From assembly GCA_051294905.1 (NCBI GenBank), contig CM119378.1, positions 3,474,001 to 3,538,000 of the forward strand: a stretch of 64,000 nucleotides of DNA, read 5' to 3'. A program made the position numbers and the translations under genes. Below, piece by piece: positions 37,401 through 50,600 of this stretch (positions are counted from its first letter, which is position 1; every line of letters starts with the position of its first letter). The notes beneath the pieces were generated by a model. It was not told the DNA's origin. It ran no database searches and saw nothing but the letters and a program-made list of their open reading frames with translations. Source of the DNA: Botryllus schlosseri. Lineage: Eukaryota.

Positions 37401-37954
37401 AAACTAATTACTAAAGTAACACCATGCGACTGATTCCTAGATTTAGCAAACTATTTCGCACTGACTGGTCTAGTGTAATATTCGATAGTAGCACGCGGTT
37501 GGCCGTGAAACAATTCAGCGCGCAGGTCATTCGGAATATAGGTCGCACTGATTAATCCTCTTGCAAGCCACGTTTCCGTTTGTGCGGTTATTGTCGGTGA
37601 CTATTCAACACCACGCGAGAGATGTCTGAAAGTACGAATCACGACCGCACCCATAAGAACACATGGCGAGTCACCAACACAGCCTATACGCGAAAGCACG
37701 ACATGCGAAAGTACGACGTGCGAGAGATGCCTTTACCCGAAAGGGCGATGTGCCACCACGAGTTTTCCATGCGATGTGCGAGAGATGCCTATACCCGAAA
37801 GTGCGACATGCGAGCGCACCCATAAGAACCATTGGCGATGTGCGAGCGGAAGGGGGGGTCTAAAAGCGCGATATGCCAACACGAGTTTCGCGGCGACATG
37901 CGAGCGGGCCCATAAGAACCCCATAGCCGCGTGCGACCGATCTACTATACTACT
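31335..37954 (-). repeat. Right arm (6620 bp) of the giant inverted repeat
   Basis: Reverse complement of 23783-30398. Confidence 0.97.
32068..32918 (+). repeat. Minisatellite (unit ~GTGAAAAAGGTTTGTTACCCAGGGAAAAAATATATTTCCAA) in the right arm
   Basis: Mirror of 28820-29670. Identical ORF starts at 32372 and 32581 show the 209-bp higher-order repeat. Confidence 0.95.
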
Positions 37955-39317
37955 TGCCTAAATGACCGGAATTTTGAAGGTTTGAAGTAAGCTCATGGTT
38001 TTTTCGTAATCAACATAAACAATATTATTTCTGTGCAGATTTATGCTACATGAAATTTTTCTTCGCGCTGCGTGCGAGTATCACGTATATTGGTTTTAAT
38101 ATGGGGATTGGGGACTACCACCCTCGCTAAAAAATGCGACCACAAATAAATAAAAATAACCTTCATCCTTTACAAAAAATAAGTCTATAATTGTAATCGC
38201 AATTACAATATAACGTTATATTCATAGAGTCGATTTAGGCTGTTTGGATGCTTTATTCAAAGACAGTGGTTCTAAACCCGGGGCTAGATTCTCTTTATTC
38301 TAGGATTAGCGATTTTGTGGAACGTTACCAGCTTCCAAAATAGGCCGTAAGTAAGTCTGGGCAGATGTGCCGACCAATTTTGATCTGGGCTCCTGAACAT
38401 TTTCAAATTGGAGATGGAGTCGTGACCATAAATGGTTGGAAACCACCGGCAGTGCGGTGTTTATATAACTCAGGGCCCAGTGGTGCAGTGCGCACCAATA
38501 AGCTGGAAATAATCTTATCGGTGTGACCTGAACATGACTTGACAATGTCCAATTACGCTTCTTGCATTCTCGAAGTCATCATCCTACATCAGCTCTACCG
38601 CCAACTCTGATATTGTGGGCGGAGAGAGGACCAAAATTATATAGTAGTCCTAATATTTGGTAGAACCAATATAGTTTTGACACAATTCATTCAAATCATT
38701 CAACGACCAGATGAATATAGAAAGCCCCCAGAAGTTGCACCGATTACCCCACGGTGGGCCAAAATCAGTGTTTATTTGGGCGGGAGGGGCCGGACTAAAA
38801 TAATGTGGCTGCGGCCCTGATTACAACTCACAACCACATACACCTGAACCATATCGTGACCCCCTCTAGTCGATAGACAAACCTTTGCTGGTGTGAAGTC
38901 ATATTGATCGACAATGTGCTTACACCTCAGTTTGAAATCCACTCGTGGGCGCTAACGAGCGTCCGGAACTTGTACCACAAAAATATGGTAACCCTAGCAT
39001 AACAGCGTCAGAGCCATACGGAACCATCGAACACAAGTCCAACTGTATTTAGGTCAACTAGTTGAAGTTTTAATTACCCGCTGTACGCTCACCATAAACG
39101 AGACTATGTAGCACATCCGGTTCGAGATGACGTGGTTTCATGCAAGGTAAAACCACTGCGATGCATAACTTCGACTAGAATCTAGATGCAATTCCCCATG
39201 GAACACATTTTATGTACTATCGGATCGATATCAGATGTGCCGCTAGAGAGAGATCTGGGGTCGTACTCACGCTCCTAAATTTCAGCTTGAACGTTGTGAC
39301 TTTGCATTGTTGAAACA

Positions 39318-39914
39318 TAGTGTCCTATATGGTGTGGACTGTGGACACAGCGAGAGTGAACGGCTCACTGCATTTGGGTAACGTCATACTTTCCATTTTA
39401 CCAAAGGTCACTTTACGGCCATTTTTGACAGGGTTGCCGAGCGCAAAATCCGATAAAACGGGTATCAATGCAAAGCTGCTGAGTGCTGATGTACTGATCA
39501 CGAAAATATAAGTTTTATTCTGTTCATGGCCCTGGGACCCTTAAAATCAGCCTAGAAATTGTCATTGTTATTGAGTTTTGTCATTGTGACACAACAGGAC
39601 AGTCTGGCGCTTTCTTCTCAGCTTCACTCTCGTTTAGCCAGACAGAATTGTTGCGTCACAATACCATAACTCGATCACAATGCAAATTACTAGGCTGATT
39701 TTCGGGGGTTCCAGGACCATGAACAGAATAAAATTTATATTTTCGTAATCAGTACAGCAGCAGCTTTCCATTGTTACCCGTTTTATCAAATTTTGCGCTC
39801 GGCAAGCCGGTCATAAATGGCTGTAAAGTTGCCTTTGGTCAAATGGAAAGTATGACGTAATACAAATGCAGTGAGCCGTTCACTCTCGCAGTGTTCACAC
39901 CATATAGGACACTG
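39318..39914. mobile_element. Foldback MITE (TIR (T/C)AGTGTCCTATATGGTGTG)
   Basis: The whole body is an imperfect palindrome. A half copy occurs at ~12900-13055. Confidence 0.85.
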
Positions 39915-39990
39915 TGGTTGAACGTTATGCTCATGAGCATTTAAATAGATGACTGAAAAACGAGCCACATTATTTTGAAGACATCCACAG

Positions 39991-40739
39991 CAGGGTTGCC
40001 GGATTGGCTCTTTTGGGGCCAAATTCCACAAATTTGGCCCTTTTTGAAGGCAGTTGGCCCCCAAAATAATAATTTGGCCCCTTGGCCCTTTATTTTCAAT
40101 TTTTGGCCCTTTTTGGAAGCAGTTGAGACATACCTTCAAACTAAGTATTCAAATAAATCTATCTCGCAAATTGAGCTGACAATGTTTATGCCAATGTCAA
40201 AGATTCGAGTGGAAACACTGTAGAAGATTTGGATTTGTTTTTGTAGAATGTAGACTGTGTTGGAATTGTAAATACAGATTTGTGAACAGGTGGACGAAAA
40301 AGCATCGAACATGGCTGGAAGCTATGTAGCAGAGAAAGGCTGAAGAGGAGTACCATAACCAGAGAGTTTTTTGGTGAAAAACTTAAAAATTAGGTATATA
40401 AGTTGGATAAATTTCAAGTGTAAAGAAACTATTCTCTCAATTTTTAATTCATAAAATTTAATCACTCTCATATTATAGCACAAAAATTTTTATTTTACGA
40501 TTTTATATTCAGTCGGAAAAGGCTTGAAATAATGAAGCATAGTTATTGTAGTTGGATCCAGTGTAGTTGCAGGTAGTGGATTTGGTGTCCTACAACAGTA
40601 TCAACAATATAAAACTGGAATTCCAGGTGTCTATGGGTAATGTTGCAACGTTATTGACGTTATTGAACAATTTGGCCCTTTTTGGCCCCCTTTCCGGCGC
40701 TGTTTGGCCCTTTTTCGCAAAAGATGTCTGGCAACCCTG
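39991..40739. mobile_element. hAT-type MITE (TIR CAGGGTTGCC)
   Basis: TIRs cagggttgcc / ggcaaccctg, a perfect 8-bp TSD ATCCACAG (39983-39990, 40740-40747), and TTGGCCC subterminal repeats. Confidence 0.92.
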
Positions 40740-43048
40740 ATCCACAGTTGAGTTTATCTACTCACATTGCGTATTCTTAAAATATTCTATTGATTTGTAC
40801 GCCTGATCAATAAAATATTCTCTCTCAATCTCCATGATATGTAAAAGTACTTCGTTTCTGAACACCACGCTTTTGAGTCAATGGTGATGTCATACAATGC
40901 CCGTTGCACACTTGCACAGTTCAGCAATGCACAATTTGCACATGCACGCACACTCACAGTCTTTCAGTTACGTCAGCGCATCACACATTCCTTCAAATTC
41001 GGTTACTGGTGATGTGATTCTTCTGTACTGGTACAGTTGTTGTACAAATCTGCATATCGGTATGCATATATCTGTGATATGGTTGCATTGAACAGTTCAT
41101 CATGTGACATGCGTTTTAAATCCAAATTGTCAGATAATTTCTCATATCGTTCAGTGGTGAGGCATTTGATAAGTGACTTAGGATATTATATCAAATTTAG
41201 AAGACCTAAAATTTGGAACATTTCCTATTTTAGTCCCCTTGAAGTCTACCACGCTGCGTTGCGCAACCCGCAGTCGCGCACGACTTGGGTTACGCCATAC
41301 CTTCGCAATTTAAGCCTGACGTAGGCTATTACGTATGTCGGTGACGTTAAAATATAGCAAAAACGCGGAACCAAAAACTAAATTTGGCTGCGTACGTGAC
41401 TAGTAAAGTATATAGCTGATGTATATAAAATGCAGGACCGTAGGTCTACTTTATGCTGTCTCATGGAGTATGTGATAGACATCGTATATGTACTGTGCAG
41501 TCAATTTATTATAATCATTCTGAGGCTATGTGACTATTTATGTTATGTAGTCTCTATGCAACGATGTATCCTGTTGTGTATCGATCGCTAATCGCATGAG
41601 ATCAATCGATCAGCTGACTTCTACGTCATGCAAGACATAGTAACTTATGACTCATGTCTTTGGTGAGATATATGACGATGCATTGAGTCGTCGAACTATC
41701 ACTTCTGCGCGTGCTGGCAAGAGACGGATGAGTAATCGAGTGATTGCCAATATAGGTCCAGTGCTCCTCTCTCTGACAACTGAAGGAAGCAATGGATATG
41801 ATGAAATGAGTCAGTGGTACTGCACAGAAAGCCTAAATTCGCAAAAAAGTAGCATAACACTTTCACAGTGAGTGCTCGAAAGGATACAGAATTGACCATT
41901 AACTAAAACAAGAATATAATGTAACGGTGTCGTAGTTATGCCAAGACATTAGTTAAATGACATCCCGCGAAAACGCAGATTGTTAAAAGCCTAGATTTGG
42001 ACAATGTTAAACGTTTCGAATATTGGTTTCGAAGACTGCCCGGGGAAGTTTCTAGTGACGTACGCATAATGTTCCCAGAGGTTTAGTTCAGCCAAGGTTT
42101 AGTTCAGCCTGTAACATTATTGCCGCATGTATTCAGACAGACACCACGTTTCAGCATCTAAAATATTTCGAATGAGATGTTGTATTTACTGTATTAACAT
42201 TAGACAGTCAATGGTCAGGGTTCATGCTTTGGCGGTGAATATATCCGTCTGAGATAAATGTCAAAATAATGTAAGACTTCATAGGTACGTACCAGTTGAC
42301 ACAAGCAACAATCTATTGACAGCTACGTTACTTATTTATTGAAATTGATTAGGTTATGTCTAACATCACTACCCTAGAAATAAAGCAAACATACTACGTG
42401 GGACCTTGTGTGAATAAGACATTTTCTCATCACGCTTATAGGCTGACCACTGACAGTGACCACTGACCACCAATGGTGGCATTCGTAGTGTTTTCACACT
42501 ATAGGTATGTTGAAGTTTTGTTCAATCTAATGTTCTATTGTATTTTGTTCTGCAAATTGGATCAGCAGGTTTAGCATATGTAATGTCTGTTGTCTACGAA
42601 TTGTTCACGTTATTAAGATTGTTATTAAGATTATATGTAATATATCAGTGAGAGACTGAGAGTGTGTCATACGTTTCACGCGGATATTGCAATCAATCCC
42701 TTGGTGGACGAATGGCAGGCGTAGCGAAACGCAATAATCCTAATATCGACCCAACTTATTGTCGTATATTCGTATATTTGTTGATTGTGTATTAATTCCG
42801 ACAGAATCTATAATATTTACCTTGCCATTCCCCATGCATCAAATATCCAGTAACTGATTTCATTCTAAACGCCATATGCAGCTACCTCGTAAATGAATGA
42901 TTATTCAATAGTTTGCGTATATTGACATCGAATAGCACTTGCTAAAATGGTGACTCATGGTCTTACATAAGATTACCAGAACCACACCATCATCATATAT
43001 AGATATGCGTGTAAGTAAGTGATAACGAAAATATTAACAGGGTTTTAT

Positions 43049-43493
43049 TAGAGCCGGGCATCATCGGGTATTTATTCTAATGATTCCAGTCGGCTAGTGA
43101 GAGACGCTATTTCCGAGTGCTGAAATTATGGACTTCTATACCATGTCAACGAGAATTGAAGTTTCGATGCTGTTTTCCACGGTGGCAGCCTTAAAACCTC
43201 GATCGGCAGTATCGCAGCATACGAAACATGCACTACGAAGCTACACAGTACACACGTTTGTGCAGATTACATTTCATTGGCATTATGATCAACATCAGCA
43301 TTGTCGCCGAGTGCAAACAAATGGGTATGGTCGAAAATATACCAAATTATCTCTTAATGTAATGTAAAACTGGCATTGCATTCTTGTGGTTGCACAGAAG
43401 TACGTATTTGAACTTTCCGCATCATTCATACTATTATGGCGTCATAATGAGTGATACTAGAATCGGCTGGGAACTCGATTTCGCCAGGCCTTA
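43049..43493. mobile_element. Diverged copy of the TAGGGCTGGGCA hAT MITE family
   Basis: Eroded TIRs tagagccgggca / gccaggcctta, a perfect 8-bp TSD GGTTTTAT (43041-43048, 43494-43501), and internal motifs collinear with 6576-7082. Confidence 0.8.
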
Positions 43494-43859
43494 GGTTTTA
43501 TACGCTTGCAAAACAATAATAAAACCATAAGATGATCTGGCAAAGGTTGCTATATCCCGCCTATTGCGAGCGAGGGCAGGTGAATCGCGCGACATAATCC
43601 AATCGGATGCTAAACGCAGAGTACAGTGCAATTAATCATTACATTCTGTGACTCGCCATATCTGTACGATGCCGTTTGATTGCTTTTGCTCAGTGTTTAT
43701 TTAGGTAAGGAGCTTATTCATATAGACTTAAAACAGCCTGGACTACAGCAAATGAACAAGCTATTATAAGAGTTACCTGAATCATGCAACGTTACATTTA
43801 TTAGAAAACAGTGGTCACTCACAGCCTTTGTCTGAGGATGCATCTTGCTATCAGCCTGG

Positions 43860-44326
43860 AAAAACTAACTATATGAATCGAGTGGTCTACTTGGCCTTAT
43901 TAGAGCGAAATGCCGGTAAGCTAAATCTAATCTAATTTGTAAAATATTTCGATGCTTTATTTTTCACTCTAATCTAATTTCTGTTTTTTCTGTGAATGCT
44001 ACCGGAGAACTGTATCGTGCGAAACGAGCCAAGCTTGCTTTACTTGTACAGAAATTTGCTACTCTCATGCTCATGAAAATGACTATGAACTATGACTTGA
44101 TAAGAACTGAACTTGACTCAATGTCCAAGTGTTCACGAGTTCAGTAATTCTAGTTCTAGTCTTAATTCGGAAATAAACTCTGTAGCTATAATTATAAATT
44201 TAGTCCAATTTGAAAAAATCTGTGTAGCTATAATTCTAATTTTAATGTAATTTAAAAAAAATGTAGCTAATGTTATAGTTCTAATCTAATTTGGAAAACT
44301 GAAAATTTTCTAGTTGACCAAGTCTG
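43860..44326 (+). repeat. Dispersed repeat family with AATTCTAAT/ATTAGAATT motifs
   Basis: Related segments occur at ~8770-8945, ~47000-47290, ~54050-54365, ~55250-55480 and ~63730-63950. Shared end motif ctagttgaccaagtctg-like. Confidence 0.55.
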
Positions 44327-44670
44327 CATCCGATGTTTCAATCTTAATGCGTCGGAATTAAAATTGAGACTTTCGAACAGGGATACTTCATGTTTCACTA
44401 TGTTCTTATGACAATTTCACTCGGAAAAGATTTGCTAACTCAACCCAAAACGGCTATCTTCTCAAGATTGCAAAACAGTTTACAGTTACAATGCTCGCTG
44501 TAATTCTCTACCATAGTTTCTGACGATTACCCACGACGAGTGTCAGCCGAAAGTAATCGGGTCTATTTCAATATGAATAATGAATATACATTAATTGTAG
44601 TATTACCTAAAAAATCAAACGCTTGTTACAGTTTAGGATAGTTAAAAAAAATTAAATCTCTGCAACAACA

Positions 44671-47600
44671 ATGGCTACACGAAGGTCAGTGGCGTCGCAG
44701 GATAAAGGCGACTTTGGACAGCACAACGACGACGGATCTTCCACAATATGCATGGAAGACGAGTTGGAGTCGAAATACGGGGTTCATAAAGAAAAGAAAG
44801 AATGGAAAGCAAGATTTGGAAAGAAAATGAAAGAAACATGCTCCTGTTCCGGTACGAATCTTGCTTACACGTAATTTACTGCTTGAAACCAGTCTCTTTC
44901 ACAAATAGGCTAACAGTTTACCACACTTTGTGCGAAAAGTTCCCGTTCACGGGGTTTCGATCGAATATTTCCGCGAACTTGATAGCAACTAAACATCATT
45001 TCCTTATTTTTCAGTGCAATTATTGCATGGTTTGATCCAATCGTCATTATCAATCCGCGTTTTTCTTTCTATATATATAAATTCAATCGGGAGCTTATTA
45101 GTGCTTTTGGTTATTTTGCGGTTTGATTCATGGTAAAGCATTGTTGTACTATAGGTGTATAACCTTCCTGCTTCATTCGTTATCCATTTGTACTTATTGT
45201 AGTTTGTCAAGAAACATTTGGATTAAAACGTTGTGTCAGATTTATACCGCGGTATAATTCTGAGTTAGGTTCTGTTTTCGCGTCGGCCTGCGACCTTTTG
45301 GGTGCGTATACGCAATGTTCTAGGTAAGAGTGTATATGAATTCCACCCTTCATACGAAGAATTGTGACGAGGATGGTTGATGTCGTAAAGATGCCTATTT
45401 AAGAAAAATGTTCCCCTAGTCTATTTCATATACTGGTATTGACTTAATGTTATATTTGCCTGTTTTTCAGGACCAAAAGCAAAGCGTATATTATTCAGAA
45501 AAATTCCGATTCTTGACTGGCTGCCCAAATACAACGTCCGTCGAGATCTCGTTGGTGACATCGTCGCCGGATTGACGGTCGGTATCGTCCATTTACCTCA
45601 AGGTAACGTATGACTAGCATTGAGGCAATGGTCAGATAATCAAATGATGCTCAAAATCACTACGTTGCGTTGAAAATATTTAATACCTACGTAAACATGG
45701 TCAATTGGTCATCCTGACGCTTTGTGTTGCAGATGTATTTCGAAAAGTTTAGGCAACAATCTGACATCAAATTCACTCTGTTATATATTCGACATAAGCA
45801 TACAGAAATTTGTATTTCAAACTAAATCTCTAGTAACTGATTCGATTTTATCAGTTGTGTCAGTTTATCTCTGGGCAACTGCTCTCGTTAATGTTTTTAT
45901 GGTAGTGTTCACCTGTTCATATTTAGCTCGCCTAGAAAAGTCATAGTATTTAGTGACTCGAGAGTCGATGATTTCTGAAAAACCTAGTAACAGTTCGCAA
46001 TGTTCCCGAGATCAGAGATTCTTAAACTGGGATCAACGTACTGGTTTTACGGGGTCCGCGAAAGGTAAATACGTCCGCAGGAAACTACAAAACCACATCA
46101 TCCTTTGAGAATGTCATCGTGAGTGGGATGGTCATTTAGGGTTACCATATACGTCCTATCTTTCATCGTATCGCGGTCTTGTGCGTTTTGGGATGATGAA
46201 ATTTTTCATAGACTGACACAGATACCTTGTCTAGTAATTGGTTATCTTATTTTAGGTATGTAAAAGCCTAAATACAGTTGAGTTTGACGTGATGACCTTC
46301 CAGTTATCGGCTTGTGTAATCTCAGGGCGACGCACAACTGCCCTCAAAACTTGTGCGATCAAAAAAGAGAAGAGCCTCTTGTATAGATGGATGTTAGATA
46401 TTACAATGCTATAACTTCTATTCATGCTTAATAATTTACTTTTTACGATGTGATGTAATTTTATCTCTGTTTCCAAATGCAATAATTTTGTCGAAACATA
46501 TACATACATGCAGACCAGGGATATCTAGAGTTCTGCAGAGACTTAATTTCAGCGTGTTTTACAGAGGTTAAAAATCATCCATTCTGTATAGGTATGGCGT
46601 ATGCTGATCTAGCCGCTTTACCTCCCGTCTACGGTCTCTACGTGTCGTTCTTTCCGGCGCTGATATTCATGCTGCTGGGTACATCGCGTCATGTTTCCAT
46701 GGGGACGTACGCAGTCGTCAGCATCATGGTCGGGAATGTAATAAGCGACGTAAGTCCACGTTATCCGGAAGTCAATATTGTTTTACATCAAATAATCTAT
46801 TAATCTTGCGGTCAAAAGTCATGTGCATTGCTAGGGCAATCGTATATATACAGTTATCGGTACAAAACGACGATGTAGCAACTTCTATATGTGGCAATAG
46901 TTTCAGAAGTATGAATGCGCATTCGTGATGGCTAGGGACATTTGTCAACCTTCGAAACCTTAATGTATAGTTCTAGACATGGCTTATTGTATGTTTACAC
47001 CAGTCGGACTTGAACTATGAGAATTCTAGTTGTCTGATTATACTGATTAGAGCGAAACGCCGGCAATCTAATAATAATGCAATTTATGAAATGTTTATAA
47101 TTCGAATTTAATTTCCGGTTTACCTGAAAATGCCACAGGAAAAATTCACAGTGCGACACAATCAAGTTTGGTGTGCAGACATTTTTCATTTTCATGCTTA
47201 CGTGAATGAATTCTGATTTGATATTGGCTGAACTTGATTATTTCTTTTACGAATTCAGTAATTCAAATTCCAATCTAATTTGAATAAAACACGATTCCTG
47301 AATCGATTTAGGAATCTGGCCCGCCAGGTAGCTATTTTTCCTATATACGGCCCGCCGACTGAAGAAGTTGCCCGCCCTGTTCTAGCTACACAAGACAAGA
47401 TTCATCGCATTGCGATCGTTCATTCACACGCCACCATTCTAAGTATTTTCGTTGTATCGCAATCTTGTGGTGTTTTGCAATCGTTGAAAATATCACTAAA
47501 TAAATGAATGAAGAACACAGTCACCTATTTGTTGCAGCGATCGGCAGACCAATGCAATACCGAAACGGCGGAGAGCGGCACGATATCCCCAACATCGGCT

Positions 47601-50600
47601 ACTACTCAGTCGTTCACATTTCCGGAAACCACGACAGGCGGGAATGGTTACTCCGCGTGCGAGAACAGAAAGCTGGAATTGGCGATCGCGATCGCTATGG
47701 CGAATGGTCTGCTTCAGGTTAGAGACTGCGGATCACGGGGCGGGGTGCATTTAAAACAAATGACATTTTGAAATACTTTTTAAAACAGTGCTGTAAAAAA
47801 CAAAATTGTGTTCTTCTCAAAAGTTGTATAATTATGCCATAATTGTGTGAATACTTCCGGAAAAACATGTAGTATGAACCTATAAGGACGAATTGCACCC
47901 GATGTATAGCCGACGTATACGATCTGGCATGGCTGGAACCCTCGAAATCGTCGTCGGTTCAGCAGTTATAGCAAGTAGATATGGATCATCGGTACGGACT
48001 GGACGTTCTGATGATGGCGACCGCCAACCGTGAAAACGCTGCATAACGATGTAGTCCTGGTCAAAAGAGAGGTGCCGGAAGCCTTTCTCGTAAAGGAGGC
48101 ATCCTATATTTTCAATTGACAATGTCAATCCACTTTGACATCACATTGAAAGATACGTTGCCGAATTCCTGTACCTAGAATCGAAAATCTTAATCCTGTA
48201 CATCTGTACTTCAGGTATGCGACCGCGTACTCCCGCGCTTTACCCGTTATCTTCGTTAATTCGTGATTTACGGACTTTCGCATCCAATACCAACATCTAA
48301 AATCCACATACCTATATAAAGTTTCGTGTCTATGGTTCTATGGCGCATTGTCATTTCGAAACCGCATGCGTACGGTATTACGTGCGAAATTAAAGTAAAG
48401 TAAAGTATGGCGTACCCACACCACGTCGGCTAACATCATTAGCAATCATTGTGAGTCGTCCAGTACACGAATACGTGATTCAATTTATAGTATCTACAGA
48501 GGAATCCCGCTTGCGTATCTTAGTAACAATAGACAATCGATTTGGCTGTTCCAGGTATGAAATTCGTAATGTCCTGGCCGGTTATCAACGGTAATCCTTT
48601 ATGCTGCGGTGTTGTAGACGTTGTACATCACGATGTAATTATGCTTTCATATTTTTATTCAACGAAATAAAGGTAGTTTGCGACCTTTGAGTTATGCAAA
48701 GTTGCGACCTTTGTATAGTGAAAAGTTATGTCAACTATCTGCTTCGTGTATAACAGTGGATCTTAACTAGGGATGGTGTGAACCTCTGAAAGGTTCAGGT
48801 TCGTGTGAACGCGAACCTTTTTGAAAGGTTCTGTGTGAGCGCGAACGTGAACCTCATTACGTCACGTGACGTCATATTGCTAATTTCAACCCTATATTTA
48901 AATGAAGTGATAGCCTATATTAATGTACACGATACCTAGCGACGACTCGGGCCACATAATGCCACAATGCTGAAGTACATATTGACGTTTTAAAAGTCGC
49001 TAAATGTATCAACTGAGGCAATCAAATGATATATTAATCCCATAAAATCAATATCTTCCGTCGCATTGCCAAGAATTTCGACGAGAATTTGATAGCGAAT
49101 ACAAGCTTACTCCTTAACGGTCTAGGCCAGACCGGACAATGTATTCGGCGTCTGGATGTTGCTACATGGATATAGAGCGGAGTGTACAACGGGTTTCTAT
49201 ACTTGCTATTGATATTACCCCATTAACAAGTTATACAGCAGTACCCAACACCCCAATAGCTCGGATTTTGTTTTTATGATACATTAAGATTGACCCTGTG
49301 CAAGATTGACCCTGTACGCCTGCTAGATTTTAACATCAGAAAACGATATCTATCTCTCATTGATTGGTCGAATAAGCATCATTCGCTGACTACATGTAGT
49401 GTATTTCGCTCTTGACGTTGTGTGATTGCGGGTCAAGCTCACAGCAGAGAGTCACTAAATATTGACAAACGGGAAGCTGGATATTTCGAGCAAACTTTTC
49501 TAACAAATCAAGTAAAATGTTTGAGATTGTCAAGGTGCATGCTCGTTTAGTGTTGATGGTTTATGCTGCCAGCGCCATGACGCAGTTGAAATGCAATAAA
49601 TTTGAACCAAAGATGTTATAATAAAGTGAAAATTGTAATATATGAAAAAGGTTCACAGTACAGAACCTACCTAGGTTCTGTTGTGAACGCGAACCTCAAA
49701 ATTTCCGAGGTTCACACACAGAACGCGAACGTGAACCTCACGTTCACACCATCCCTAATCTTAACACTATGGTTTCCATGAGCTCAGGGGTTCCCTAGAG
49801 GTCTGGACACACACTGAACTCACACATATGATTGTGATGATACGTCCGTCCCAGCCCTCATTGGTTGCAAGTATTTAGCCACGACCAGGAGTCGAATTGT
49901 GACCGCGTGATGGCAGGTCGTGTGTATAGTGGCGTTACGCAGTGGAAGTCGCAGTTCGGATTTGAAACCCCGTCCTTCTGAAATGCTATAGATCTGTCTC
50001 CAATATTTCGAAGCTCATTTTTAGCTTGGCGAAATAGCGTAGTGGTATGATCCGCAACTGCAGCACCAATGGGTTGCGGGTTCGAGTCCGACCGAGGTCG
50101 ACTCCAAAATTCCTACGTAAGTGTTGGAGGTTTATCTAGGCTCCTCCTCGCCATCTCATCCGTGTAAGCGGTGTTTTATAAAAGCCTAGACATGGGCCGT
50201 GCTACAAGTCGGCAGCTACGGATTAAAAAACTGGCCAAGTGTAAATGACCAAATACTAGTCGACACAAACCATGAATACCTCAAAACAAACAAACAAAAA
50301 GCTTATTTGTAATTAAGCAATTGGCATCAAGCAGTTGCGTTTCGACCGACTAATGCGATGCACTTTTCACCCGCATTTCTGAACTATAGTATCTAAAACG
50401 GAACAGCAGAAGCCATACTTATTGGTGATACATGCTTAATATGTTTTCGTTTTGTGCGAAAATTATATTTTAATGGATTTTCTTTTAACACAGTTCATTT
50501 TAAGCGCCAGTAATGAATAGTAATGTAGATTCTTGTATTTATGACTCATCGAACATTTGGAATTCCGCGGTTTAGTAAAGGTATATAGTATTGTATACCA

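Larger units (their letters stand above)
23783..37954. mobile_element. Giant foldback non-autonomous Polinton/Maverick-like element (14,172 bp)
   Basis: Termini AGTAGTATAGTAGATCGG / CCGATCTACTATACTACT and a 6-bp TSD TGCCTA (23777-23782, 37955-37960). Arms 23783-30398 and 31335-37954 are near-identical inverted copies, and the ORF track mirrors almost exactly. Spacer is 30399-31334. Confidence 0.88.
23694..38996. mobile_element. hAT-type MITE (~1.1 kb when emptied; TIR TAGGGTT(G/A)CCATA) split by the giant foldback element
   Basis: TIRs tagggttgccata (23694) / tatggtaacccta (38996) and a perfect 8-bp TSD GCATAACA (23686-23693, 38997-39004). Confidence 0.9.

Noticed and set aside
23783..37954. 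Palindrome as a pure assembly or foldback-read artefact
   Set aside because: A 6-bp TSD, specific termini, a unique spacer, arm differences, non-mirrored flanks and an independent sister element argue that it is real. Long-read confirmation is still desirable.
47880..48620. Coding-looking stretch with possible splice sites within SLC26 intron 4
   Set aside because: I could not build a consistent exon chain or recognise a protein, and the SLC26 model is complete without it.
50028..50100. tRNA gene
   Set aside because: No convincing cloverleaf or acceptor stem, and it is followed by a SINE-like body and tail.
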